Notes: generated by a model not told the origin, from the sequence alone. A stretch of 64,000 bases of DNA from Patescibacteria group bacterium (GCA_022710775.1 JAKLGH010000003.1:14073-78072); one strand, 5' to 3'; numbered from the stretch's first letter, positions 1 to 8,581 are shown. A program made the numbers and translations.

Positions 1-246
1 TTTAACTTTCATGAATTATGGGTTACCGCGGAAAGTCCTTATGTTCTAAAAGACCAGGAGTTGAGAAGCTTCATTTTCATAAAAGCGGTTGATAAAGCGG
101 GCAATGCCAGAACGGAAAAGATAGCGCCTCAAAATCCGCTGCATTGGCATGAGAAATATGAAAACCTGGTTTTGATAGTATTGGGCTTGGCCATTGTTTT
201 ATTGATTAAAAAAATACTATGGGTAAAACGAAAAAAAACAGCCTAA
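1..246 (+). CDS. 3' end of a membrane-anchored surface protein (5' partial at window edge)
   Basis: Frame 1 is open from base 1 to the stop at 244-246. It contains VDKAGN (the next gene has FDKAGN, an Ig-like-domain style motif). It ends in the hydrophobic helix LVLIVLGLAIVLLI followed by the basic tail KKILWVKRKK. Confidence 0.5.
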   Translation, partial: FNFHELWVTAESPYVLKDQELRSFIFIKAVDKAGNARTEKIAPQNPLHWHEKYENLVLIVLGLAIVLLIKKILWVKRKKTA

Positions 247-1970
247 AAAATATACTGTTGTTTTCCGGACTGTTCTGGGTTTTTTCCGGAATTGGGGATG
301 CGGCTTATGCGGCAAATTTGTATTTTTCCCCGTCTTCGGGTTCGCATGCCGTCGGTTCGACTTTTTCAACGGTTGTTTATGTTTCGACCGCCGACCAGGC
401 TATGAACGCCGCTTCGGGGGAGCTTAGCTTTTCAAGCGACAAATTGGAGGTAACCTCGCTTTTGAAAACAGGATCGATTTTCAGTCTATGGGTGCAAGAA
501 CCGACATTTTCCAATAGCGTCGGCAAAGTTAATTTTGAGGGCATCGCGCTTAACCCCGGATTTAAAGGAAGCAATGGAAAGCTCCTTGTGGTAAATTTCA
601 GGGTTAAAGCTGCCGGAGTTGCCGCGCTTAATTTTTCTTCCGGTTCTGTTTTGGCTAATGACGGAAAGGGAACAAATATTTTATCCAGCTTGGGGAGCGG
701 GTCATTTAATTTGATCGTTCCGGCCGCTGGCCAACCTTTGGAGCCGGAAACGCCGCAGGAAACGATCTTGAGCGTTCCTTTAAAGCCGGTAGTTTCTTCT
801 TCTACGCATCCTGATTCAAATAAATGGTATCCTAATAACAATCCTAAATTCGAATGGCCTTTGCCGGACAATATTAACGGAGTAAACGTGCTGGCCGACA
901 GGAACCCCGATTCCGATCCAGGGACAATATCCGACGGTATTTTCAATTCTTATGACTACGAAGATGTTAAAAGCGGCGAATGGTATTTCCATATAAGGCT
1001 AAGAAACAGGGCCGGCTGGGGCGGTGTTTCCCATTATCGTTTTCTGATCGATGATCAGAAGCCTGCCAGTTTTGATATCGAAGAGATTAAAAAAGACGAT
1101 TTAACCGTGCCTAACGCCAATTTCAGATTTAGCGCCGCGGATGAGGTTTCCGGAATTGACCATTACGAGATCTGGATCGATGGCGGAGGCCACCAAGATT
1201 GGCAAGATGGTGGGAGCCATGTTTTTGAAACGCCAGTTCTGGATCCGGGAAAGCACATGCTTGTCGCGAAAGTTTTCGATAAAGCCGGAAATTTCTTGGT
1301 TAATTTCGCTGAATTTTCCACTGAAGCGCTGAAAGCTCCGATAATTAAAGAGTATTCCGAAAAGATTGCCGGGGGAGAGATTGTAATAGCCAGAGGAACA
1401 ACCTATCCGAACGTCCAAGTGGCGGCGTGGCTTCAAAAAGAACAAGATGAACCGAAAAAGCATATAATCCAAAGCGATGATAAAGGAAATTTTATCTTCT
1501 CTTCGGAAGAAAAATTAAAGGACGGAGTTTATAAATTATGGTTTGAAGTGATCAACGGAAGATCGGCGAAAAGCGTGCCGACGGATAAATTAACCATTAT
1601 TGTTGAAAAATCGGCTATTTGCAGGATTGGAACGCGGTCGGTTGACATTATCAGCCTGGTTATTCCGCTCATTATTTTTGTTGTTATTTTATTGGCGGCC
1701 GGCTTACTCGTGCGGCGCAGGTATTTAGCGTTTAAAAAAATAATTCTTAAGGAGGTTGATGAAGCCGAAAAGGTTTTGCATCAATCCTTTATTGCCCTAA
1801 AAGAAGAAATAGAAGAACAGGTAGCGAAAATGGACGGTTTTTCCGCCTTAAGCGACAGAGAAAAAAATGTCCGCGATGATTTAAAGAATGCCTTGGAAAT
1901 TTCCGAGAAATTCATTAAAAAGGAGCTCAATGATATTGGGCAGAAAACGAGCAAACGGAAGAAAAGATAA
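219..1970 (+). CDS. cohesin-domain cell-surface protein with C-terminal TM anchor and charged coiled-coil tail
   Basis: 583-aa ORF. Signal peptide ends at ...GDAAYA/AN. N-terminal block LYFSPSSGSH..GSIFSLWVQEPTFSN..SGSVLANDGKGTNIL matches the cohesin-like module I recognise from CPR surface proteins. TM helix IISLVIPLIIFVVILLAAGLLV lies near the C-terminus. The 5' end overlaps the upstream gene by 28 nt. Confidence 0.7.
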   Translation: MGKTKKNSLKNILLFSGLFWVFSGIGDAAYAANLYFSPSSGSHAVGSTFSTVVYVSTADQAMNAASGELSFSSDKLEVTSLLKTGSIFSLWVQEPTFSNSVGKVNFEGIALNPGFKGSNGKLLVVNFRVKAAGVAALNFSSGSVLANDGKGTNILSSLGSGSFNLIVPAAGQPLEPETPQETILSVPLKPVVSSSTHPDSNKWYPNNNPKFEWPLPDNINGVNVLADRNPDSDPGTISDGIFNSYDYEDVKSGEWYFHIRLRNRAGWGGVSHYRFLIDDQKPASFDIEEIKKDDLTVPNANFRFSAADEVSGIDHYEIWIDGGGHQDWQDGGSHVFETPVLDPGKHMLVAKVFDKAGNFLVNFAEFSTEALKAPIIKEYSEKIAGGEIVIARGTTYPNVQVAAWLQKEQDEPKKHIIQSDDKGNFIFSSEEKLKDGVYKLWFEVINGRSAKSVPTDKLTIIVEKSAICRIGTRSVDIISLVIPLIIFVVILLAAGLLVRRRYLAFKKIILKEVDEAEKVLHQSFIALKEEIEEQVAKMDGFSALSDREKNVRDDLKNALEISEKFIKKELNDIGQKTSKRKKR

Positions 1971-1974
1971 AATA

Positions 1975-2064
1975 TGGCGGAGGGGGCGGGAATCGAACCC
2001 ACGGACGGCGTTTTAAACCGTCAGAGGTTAGCAACCTCTTGCAATGCCATTATGCGACCCCTCC
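1975..2064 (-). tRNA. tRNA-Ser (anticodon GCU), long variable arm, CCA encoded
   Basis: The reverse complement reads GGAGGGG..AGAGG-TTGCTAA-CCTCT..GACGGTTTAAAACGCCGTC..GTGGGTTCGATTCCCGC-CCCCTCC-G-CCA. I folded the cloverleaf by eye. Confidence 0.9.
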
Positions 2065-2159
2065 TTGGGAAGAGAAATGGATATTCCAATATTAGCGAAA
2101 ATTCGGCTTTGGGTCAATGATCCATGGCTGGAATTAAGCGGAATCTCGCAGTCATTTAT

Positions 2160-2188
2160 TTGACATTTTTGGTTATTCGTTTTATCTT
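2160..2188 (+). promoter_or_regulatory. sigma70-like promoter candidate for the 2224 gene
   Basis: TTGACA (2160-2165), 17-nt spacer, TATCTT (2183-2188). AGGAGG RBS lies just before the ATG at 2224. Confidence 0.4.
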
Positions 2189-2223
2189 TCTGTCTAGAAA
2201 CAATCGTTAGGAGGAATTGAAAA

Positions 2224-2583
2224 ATGAGCAATGCTGGGGCCGGATTCGTACTTTTTGTAATTTTCGTCCTTATAAGCGGAATTACCGGACTTATATCGCA
2301 TAGGCTGGTTAATGAAGATATAACTGTTGAAATAAACAACACTTATATTAAGAGGTATGGCGACCAGGATATTTTCCATGTTGTGGTAGTTAAGAGCAAC
2401 GGGGAGCGGGAAATTTTGCAAAATAAAGACTGCTTTTGGTGGTGGAAATACAACAGCGCCGACATCCAGGATCAGCTCGCGCTGGCCAAAAATAAGCAGT
2501 GCCGCCTGACAGTGACCGGGTGGCGATGGGGGTACATGAATTGGTTCAGAAATATTGCCAAATACGAAGTATTGCCGTCTTAA
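2224..2583 (+). CDS. small N-terminally anchored protein of unknown function (possibly DUF1523-like)
   Basis: 119-aa ORF with AGGAGG RBS, N-terminal TM helix FVLFVIFVLISGITGLI, a Trp-rich C-terminal part (FWWWKYNS..TGWRWGYMNWF) and an intrinsic terminator directly after the stop. Confidence 0.6.
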   Translation: MSNAGAGFVLFVIFVLISGITGLISHRLVNEDITVEINNTYIKRYGDQDIFHVVVVKSNGEREILQNKDCFWWWKYNSADIQDQLALAKNKQCRLTVTGWRWGYMNWFRNIAKYEVLPS

Positions 2584-2610
2584 GCAGGTTTAACCCCTGC
2601 TTTTCTTTTA
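2583..2610 (+). terminator. intrinsic terminator
   Basis: Stem AGCAGG/CCTGCT with a 7-nt loop, followed by TTTTCTTTT. Confidence 0.6.
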
Positions 2611-2675
2611 GGTTGGATGATTTTTTTTGGAGCGGAGCCTTTTAACAATGTCTTTGTTCTAGTAATATAAAAATA

Positions 2676-5255
2676 ATGCAAACAAAAACAAGCGAAGAAC
2701 AAGCAAAAGATAAGACCAAAGGCCTTTCCGCCAAGGAGGCGGAGGAGCGGCTGGCCCGCGACGGATACAATGAGCTTCCAGCCCAGAAACAGCGAAGCTT
2801 TTTTTACATAATAATCGAAGTTCTGAGGGAACCGATGCTTCTGCTTTTGGTCGGCGCCGGGATTATTTATTTTCTGCTCGGGGAAAAGCTGGATGCCGCA
2901 ATACTTTCATTATTCACCTTTTTTATTATCGGTATTACGTTTTACCAGGAAAGGAAAACCGAGCGGGCTTTGGATGCTTTGATAAATCTGTCCAGTCCCC
3001 GGGCTCTTGTTTTGCGGGACGGCATCCAGCGGCGGATAGCGGGACGGGAGGTGGTCAAGGGAGACGTTTTGTTTTTATGCGAAGGCGATCGCGTTCCGGC
3101 TGACGCGGTAGTTTTCGATTCGGCCAATTTGATGGTTGACGAGTCGATGCTTACCGGGGAGTCGCTGCCGGTATCAAAAGCGGAATGGGACGGGGCGGCC
3201 AATTTAGACGAACAGTGCCCCGGGGGAGACAGCACTCCGTTTGTCTATTCCGGAACCATGGTTGTGAGGGGTCACGCGATGGCCCGTGTTTTGGCCACCG
3301 GCTTGGGAACGCAGATGGGAAAAATCGGAAAATCCCTCCAGGAAATAAAAGAAAGCGAACCGCTTCTAAAAAAAGAAACAGCTTATTTGGTAAAATTGTT
3401 CGGTTTTATAGGGCTTGCGCTTTGCGCCATCGTTGTTCTTTTCTACGGTTTTTTTCGGGACGGCTGGCTTGAGGGTTTTCTATACGGGCTTACGATCAGC
3501 ATGTCGATGCTACCCGAGGAATTTCCGGTGGTACTGCTGATCTTTTTAACTTTGGGAGCGTGGCGGCTGTCGAAAAGAAAAGTGCTTACCCGGAATACCG
3601 CGGCGGTGGAAATGCTCGGTTCAGCTTCCGTTCTTTGCGTTGACAAGACCGGAACGATTACGCTTAACCAAATGAAGCTGGATACGATCTCGGTTCAAGG
3701 GCAGCTGGTTGAAGTGGCCGCCTACGAGGATAAGAAAGACTCTTTGCCCGAAAGCTGCCATTTATTGATGGAGTACGCCGTTTTGGCCAGCCAGCTGGAT
3801 CCGTTCGATCCGATAGAAAAAGAGATAAAAAGAATGGGTATGTTCCTACTTTCGGCAACCGATCATTTGCACGATAACTGGGAGCTGGTCAAGGAATATC
3901 CTTTTTCGGGCAATTTGCTGGCATTATCCCATGTTTGGGATTCTCGGGAAAAAGACCGCTATGTCGCCGCCTCAAAAGGCGCGCCGGAAGCAATTGCCGA
4001 CCTTTGCCATTTCAACGTTGAGGAAAAAGCCGAGCTGATAGCCCGTATGCAGCCCATGCTGGAACGCGGGTTGCGTTTGATCGCGGTTGCCGCCGCCGAA
4101 ACAGGAAAAAGCGCGTTGCCCAAATACCAGCACGAATTTGATTTTAAATTCATGGGTTTGCTTGGTTTTGCCGACCCGATCCGGGCTTCGGTGCCCCAGG
4201 CCTTAAAAGAGTGTTATAGCGCGGGCATCCGCGTTTGCATGATCACAGGCGATTATCCCGGGACGGCCCAGTTTATCGCCAGAAAGATCGGATTAAAAAA
4301 TCCGGAGAATTATCTTACCGGAAACGATTTAAAAATTTTAAGCTCCGCCGAATTGAAAGAAAAAATGAAGAATACCAATATTTTCGCCCGGGTGTTGCCC
4401 GAGCAGAAAACCTTGATAGTCAACGCTTTAAAAAACGACGGCGAAGTGATTGCCATGACCGGCGACGGGGTCAATGACGCTCCGGCTTTAAAAGCGGCCA
4501 ATATCGGGATAGCCATGGGCGAGCGGGGTACGGATGTTGCCCGAGAAACCGCCGATCTGGTTTTGTTGAACGACGATTTTACGTCGATCGTGCAGGGGAT
4601 TCGCACCGGACGGGGAATTCTCGATAACCTGAAAAAAGCCATCGCCTATATTTTTGCCGTCCATATTCCGATTGCCGGGATGTCTTTTTTCCCGGTGGTT
4701 TTCAATCTGCCGATCGTGTTTTTTCCCGCGCATATCGCTTTTTTAGAATTAATCATTGATCCGTCCTGCTCGGTCGTTTTTGAATCGGTAAAAGAAGAGG
4801 CCAATATCATGTCGCGCCCGCCGCGGAATTTGAAAAAAAGGGTGTTTGGAAAAAGATCGTTTGTCATTAGTCTAGTCCAAGGACTGGTTATTCTGGCGGC
4901 GGTTTTCGCGATATTTTACTTATCGCTTAGCTGGGGCAAGACGGCCGAAGAGGCCAGGACGCTTACGTTTGTTTCGATCGTATTCGCCAATTTAATGCTG
5001 ATCATAACCAATCTATCCTGGTCGAAAAATTTTATAGAAATATTGCGAAACGGAAACCGCGCTTTAAAATCGGTATTGGGCGGGGCGTTGGTTTTTATAG
5101 GGGCGGTTGTTTCCAGTTCTTTTTTGCGCGACGTATTCCATTTTGGCGCCATCTCTTTTTTGGATTTTTTTATTATGTTTATTGTCGGGATAGCGAGCGT
5201 TCTGTGGTTTGAGATATACAAGTTGTTTCTTAAACGAAAGCCAAGGCTGGGTTAA
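2676..5255 (+). CDS. P-type (P2, Ca2+/cation-transporting) ATPase
   Basis: 859 aa. Phosphorylation motif CVDKTGTITLN, hinge motif MTGDGVNDAPALK, MITGDYPGTA, N-terminal cation-ATPase-N style GLSAKEAEERLARDGYNELP, and multiple TM helices. Confidence 0.95.
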   Translation: MQTKTSEEQAKDKTKGLSAKEAEERLARDGYNELPAQKQRSFFYIIIEVLREPMLLLLVGAGIIYFLLGEKLDAAILSLFTFFIIGITFYQERKTERALDALINLSSPRALVLRDGIQRRIAGREVVKGDVLFLCEGDRVPADAVVFDSANLMVDESMLTGESLPVSKAEWDGAANLDEQCPGGDSTPFVYSGTMVVRGHAMARVLATGLGTQMGKIGKSLQEIKESEPLLKKETAYLVKLFGFIGLALCAIVVLFYGFFRDGWLEGFLYGLTISMSMLPEEFPVVLLIFLTLGAWRLSKRKVLTRNTAAVEMLGSASVLCVDKTGTITLNQMKLDTISVQGQLVEVAAYEDKKDSLPESCHLLMEYAVLASQLDPFDPIEKEIKRMGMFLLSATDHLHDNWELVKEYPFSGNLLALSHVWDSREKDRYVAASKGAPEAIADLCHFNVEEKAELIARMQPMLERGLRLIAVAAAETGKSALPKYQHEFDFKFMGLLGFADPIRASVPQALKECYSAGIRVCMITGDYPGTAQFIARKIGLKNPENYLTGNDLKILSSAELKEKMKNTNIFARVLPEQKTLIVNALKNDGEVIAMTGDGVNDAPALKAANIGIAMGERGTDVARETADLVLLNDDFTSIVQGIRTGRGILDNLKKAIAYIFAVHIPIAGMSFFPVVFNLPIVFFPAHIAFLELIIDPSCSVVFESVKEEANIMSRPPRNLKKRVFGKRSFVISLVQGLVILAAVFAIFYLSLSWGKTAEEARTLTFVSIVFANLMLIITNLSWSKNFIEILRNGNRALKSVLGGALVFIGAVVSSSFLRDVFHFGAISFLDFFIMFIVGIASVLWFEIYKLFLKRKPRLG

Positions 5256-5260
5256 AAACA

Positions 5261-5288
5261 TTGACAGAAGTAACAATTTCTTTATTAT
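5261..5288 (+). promoter_or_regulatory. strong sigma70-like promoter of an orphan short transcription unit
   Basis: TTGACA (5261-5266), 16-nt spacer, TATTAT (5283-5288). It starts 6 nt after the ATPase stop. Confidence 0.5.
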
Positions 5289-5335
5289 CTTAGAAGGCCT
5301 TTAACATTGGAAATTTGAATGTTTGGGGAGGTATT

Positions 5336-5458
5336 TTGATCACACACAAATATCCGTGCCACTGGTGCGGCCGGCCGGCTTCTGCCAATAAGGGCAGTAG
5401 GGCGGGAATGCATCTTTCCGTTCTGCGGCTGTTCGTTATTCCGTTTATCCGGACCTGA
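5336..5458 (+). CDS. candidate 40-aa small ORF (MITHKYPCHWCGRPASANKGSRAGMHLSVLRLFVIPFIRT); the unit could instead be a non-coding RNA
   Basis: GGAGG at 5327-5331, TTG start at 5336, and a TGA stop sitting in the loop of the terminator hairpin. It is below the 60-aa cutoff of the ORF track and I recognise no homology. Confidence 0.25.
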   Translation: MITHKYPCHWCGRPASANKGSRAGMHLSVLRLFVIPFIRT

Positions 5459-5473
5459 TTGGTCCGTTTTTTT
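5450..5473 (+). terminator. intrinsic terminator
   Basis: Stem CGGACC/GGTCCG (5450-5455/5461-5466), loop TGATT, then a run of 7 T. Confidence 0.7.
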
Positions 5474-5539
5474 GTCTTAGCGATGTAAAAATATTTATGA
5501 TTGGGCGGGAGCAAAGTTTTTAAATGCCAGGCGCGGTTT

Positions 5540-5563
5540 AAAAAAAAGCCGGCGAAAGCCAGC
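5540..5563 (-). terminator. intrinsic terminator of the 103-aa gene
   Basis: On the minus strand GCTGGC-TTTC-GCCGGC (one G-U pair) is followed by 8 T, immediately after the stop at 5564. Confidence 0.6.
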
Positions 5564-5875
5564 TCATAGGGTTGATGAACAAATTCTTAACATTGCTAGG
5601 CGGTAGTCATCGGTAAGTTTAAAAAGTTCGGATTTATCAACCAATCCCGATTTATCCGGCAGCGTTATCCGATCAGGCAATTTGCTCCAGAAATTTCCTT
5701 CGTCATACCAGCATATTAACTGGATGTGCAATTCTTCCTCGTTCATGTCGCTGTATTTCCGGTTCATATCCTTTGCCCGTCTAAATCCGATCTCAATCCG
5801 ATAGGCGTCGGCAATGTTAGAAAGCATATCCAGCAGCAACTTTGCGGCTTCTACGGCTTCAAACAACAAAACCAT
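5564..5875 (-). CDS. hypothetical protein, 103 aa
   Basis: ORF bracketed by a minus-strand promoter-like TTGACA-N17-ATAATT in 5900-5935 and the terminator at 5540-5563. No motif recognised. Confidence 0.6.
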   Translation of the reverse strand: MVLLFEAVEAAKLLLDMLSNIADAYRIEIGFRRAKDMNRKYSDMNEEELHIQLICWYDEGNFWSKLPDRITLPDKSGLVDKSELFKLTDDYRLAMLRICSSTL

Positions 5876-5996
5876 CTTGTCATCTTGCGTTAATTATCCA
5901 TAAATATTTTTGTTTGTCAATTATTTTGCAAAAAAGGAAAAGGGAACATCCTAGCCAAGGATACCTGTTTTATTGGCCTGTTGGACCGCGAGATTC

Positions 5997-7316
5997 TCAG
6001 CTTTGAACATATTGGGCGACCGCTTCTATCAGACGCGCGTAGGTATTTTCGCGGCGCGTTTGATCGCGATCCAGGGTGGTAACGCGAAAACCCGGGAAGG
6101 GCGAGTAAAAATCCGAAGCCGGAACGGCGACAATGCCGGTATTTGCCAGCAAATAATAGGTGAAGCGCTTATCGAGCGGCAGGGCCGGGGAGTTAGCAAG
6201 GCTTTCGATGTATTTTTTTGCTTCCGGATTTTTTATGGGCAGAGTTTGGCGGTTGTTCAAAACGCCTTCTTTGAACAAGGGCATCAGATAAAAAGCGCCA
6301 TTGGCGCCAAGTACCTCAAGCGAAGGGGATGAGGCGAGGATGCCGGCGATCTGGTTGGCCGCGGTTTCCAATCCTTGATTGTATTGCTTGTTCCAATTCT
6401 CAAATTCGGGATGGTCGTATAATTCGGGCAAAATCGTCTGGGGCAGGGTTGTGGAGCAAACTTCCAAAAGGATGCGCTGTTTGACGGCCGCGGCAAAATC
6501 GGCGAAATCGGAGTGTTTTAAGCCGTAATGGAATTCCATCCAGCCGCAGCGCGCGCCGGGCCAGGGAATATCTTTGGACAATCCGCGCAGAATGACGAGC
6601 GGTACGCGGCCTTGATTGATCTCGGTGATCTGGGCGTGTTGGCGGCCGTTGTAGGTCATGCGGAAATAAACTTCGTCCGAAATTATGAACAAGCCATATT
6701 TTTCCGCGATCTTTACGATCTTTTCCAGCGTTTCTGTTTCATAAACCGCGCCGGTCGGGTTGTTGGGGTTGATGACAAGCAAACCGCAGATCTCGGGTTG
6801 ATTTTTAAGCTGGGATTCCAGATGCGCCAGATCAGGCTGCCAGTTATCTTTCGGGTCCAGGTTATAGGCTAGGGGAGGAGCGCCCGCCGAAAACGATTCA
6901 AAAGAGGAATGGGTGGGATAAGCGGGGGCGGGCTGGATAATGCGTTTGCCGGGCTTCATCATTTGGTAAAGAATGGCGATGGATGAACCCAGGCCGCTGG
7001 TGAAAACAACGTTCTCGCAATCCAATTTAGACGATGGTGAAAAACGCTTGGCGTAATCCACTACCCATTTTCGGGTATTGATAACCCCCCGCGAATGAGA
7101 ATAGCCGAAAACCGCGTCGCCGGGACAGTCTATTTTTTCCTTAACGATGTTTTTTAAAAATTGCGGCACCGGCCAGCCCTTGGCGACCGGATCGCCGATA
7201 TTTTCCCAAACGAAATTATATGCGGGATCGATCTCCTTTAACTTGACGGCAACATCCACAATCTCGCGGATGCCGTATTTTAGGCGGGGAACAGAAGTAT
7301 GGGTAAATGATGCCAT
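5997..7316 (-). CDS. class I/II PLP-dependent aminotransferase (alanine/aspartate aminotransferase-like)
   Basis: 439 aa. PLP-lysine region LRGLSKDIPWPGARCGW, INPNNPTG motif, and overall fold-type I pattern. Confidence 0.9.
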   Translation of the reverse strand: MASFTHTSVPRLKYGIREIVDVAVKLKEIDPAYNFVWENIGDPVAKGWPVPQFLKNIVKEKIDCPGDAVFGYSHSRGVINTRKWVVDYAKRFSPSSKLDCENVVFTSGLGSSIAILYQMMKPGKRIIQPAPAYPTHSSFESFSAGAPPLAYNLDPKDNWQPDLAHLESQLKNQPEICGLLVINPNNPTGAVYETETLEKIVKIAEKYGLFIISDEVYFRMTYNGRQHAQITEINQGRVPLVILRGLSKDIPWPGARCGWMEFHYGLKHSDFADFAAAVKQRILLEVCSTTLPQTILPELYDHPEFENWNKQYNQGLETAANQIAGILASSPSLEVLGANGAFYLMPLFKEGVLNNRQTLPIKNPEAKKYIESLANSPALPLDKRFTYYLLANTGIVAVPASDFYSPFPGFRVTTLDRDQTRRENTYARLIEAVAQYVQS

Positions 7317-7334
7317 ATTTAAGTTATTGTCTAA

Positions 7335-7511
7335 TTATTCGAGCTCCATTTCATCCAAGCGCGAGAAAACAAATTTGTTTCGCAGATTCGTAATTATTTC
7401 CGGCAGGGAGGCGAACATTTCCGCCGGCCGGTTCTCCAAATCGGTTTCCCGCTGGCTGCCGTCATGCAACAATATTATTGATCCGTTATTTTCATGGAAT
7501 TGATCGGTTTT
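7335..7511 (-). pseudogene. C-terminal remnant of a NodB-type polysaccharide deacetylase
   Basis: My manual translation of the minus strand gives KTDQFHENNGSIILLHDGSQRETDLENRPAEMFASLPEIITNLRNKFVFSRLDEMELE*. IILLHDG is NodB motif 5, and LPEII..L....F..L.E is the usual C-terminal tail. A TAA stop lies immediately upstream at 7512-7514, and no ATG/GTG start precedes the IILLHDG motif (only the in-motif TTG pair at 7472-7467). The 5' part overlaps the GNAT 3' end in another frame. Confidence 0.45.
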
Positions 7512-7959
7512 TTACCAAAACAACACGCGGCTCGCCGTCGCCGTAATAATTCTCTCTTCGTTCCGTTATTTTAAAACCTAAGGATTCATATAAGCTTATG
7601 GCTTTAAAATTATCGGGATGGGCGACCAGGTCTATTTTGGGAGCGTTTTTGGCGAGAGCGAGGATTAATTCCATCGCTTTACGGCCAAGACCCCGCCCTT
7701 GATATTCCGGGACAATTGCGAATCCGCCCAAATGAACATTGCCGTCCTCCTTTGCTTTGTACGTGATATGGCCGATAACCTTATCTTTGATTTTGAAAAA
7801 ATAGACCGCGGCTGGTCTTATCTCTTTAAGGAACTCCTTTTCCTTGGCCAAAGCGGAGTAAGTTCTTCCCCTAACCTGTTTTTCCAGCCAAAGATAATCG
7901 CCGGCATCCTTGACGCCGGCAATTTCCAGTATAAGTTCGGATTTATTTTCGATTGTCAT
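7492..7959 (-). CDS. GNAT family N-acetyltransferase
   Basis: 155 aa. Acetyl-CoA binding motif QGRGLGRKAMELIL and the typical beta-alpha pattern. Confidence 0.85.
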   Translation of the reverse strand: MTIENKSELILEIAGVKDAGDYLWLEKQVRGRTYSALAKEKEFLKEIRPAAVYFFKIKDKVIGHITYKAKEDGNVHLGGFAIVPEYQGRGLGRKAMELILALAKNAPKIDLVAHPDNFKAISLYESLGFKITERRENYYGDGEPRVVLVKNRSIP

Positions 7960-8153
7960 AAAAGGGCAACTTGCCGTTCTAAATCTTTAACGAAAGATGG
8001 CGGTATTTTTTGGACGAAGTTCGAACATTTTTTGAACAGAATTCCGGATAAGCAAGCCGTTTCATTGCCCGCTTTCGCTATCGCTCCGGTTGCATTTTGC
8101 AAAGAAATGGATTATCATCGCCCAAGGTGGTCACATTGGCATGCATAGAAGCG

Positions 8154-8429
8154 ATGCCCGGCGAAGAGGCTGAAAAATACCTTCGCCGGGAATGGATAAA
8201 AACGCAATATTTGTCCCGTCAATTTTATCTTGAAGTCCGTTCATGTCAAATAAAATACTGTTTGTCGTTTGCCGCCTTTTTGCTGATACTGTTTTTATTG
8301 GTTTTCAATTTGTCAGTCGCAAGAATAACTGAAGACCATCGTGCGATATTGCTCCTTGGATTAATTGGTCTGATATGTTTTTGGGCAGGGGTTTACTTTT
8401 GGATAAGGTATCACGATTTGAACGGATAA
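8154..8429 (+). CDS. small two-TM membrane protein, unknown function (track ORF 8097-8429; ATG 8154 preferred)
   Basis: Promoter-like TTGCAT (8090-8095), N17, TATCAT (8113-8118) would place the transcription start downstream of the 8097 start. Two hydrophobic helices. An intrinsic terminator follows the stop. Confidence 0.45.
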   Translation: MPGEEAEKYLRREWIKTQYLSRQFYLEVRSCQIKYCLSFAAFLLILFLLVFNLSVARITEDHRAILLLGLIGLICFWAGVYFWIRYHDLNG

Positions 8430-8436
8430 AATTGCG

Positions 8437-8462
8437 CTAGCATAAGAATGCTAGTTTTTTTG
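8437..8462 (+). terminator. intrinsic terminator
   Basis: Stem CTAGCA/TGCTAG with a 6-nt loop, then 8 T. Confidence 0.7.
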
Positions 8463-8581
8463 TAAAAAATGGTAATCAGAAATTTTTTCTCTGCAAATTG
8501 GCTTTTCAAATCTTGTAGAGACAAGTCCCCCCGAAATATCTTATTGCCATTAGCTATCAACCATTCTCTTAATAAAATCGG

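Noticed and set aside
5290-5514. 74-aa minus-strand ORF opposite the orphan promoter/terminator unit.
   Set aside because: It has no RBS or promoter on that strand. The plus strand carries a consensus promoter, an SD and a terminator.
7317-8581. Integrative element inserted at the 3' end of tRNA-Ser(UGA).
   Set aside because: Gene remnants flank the GNAT gene, but there is no integrase or excisionase. I could not find a direct repeat of the tRNA 3' end, so the idea is left as weak inference only.
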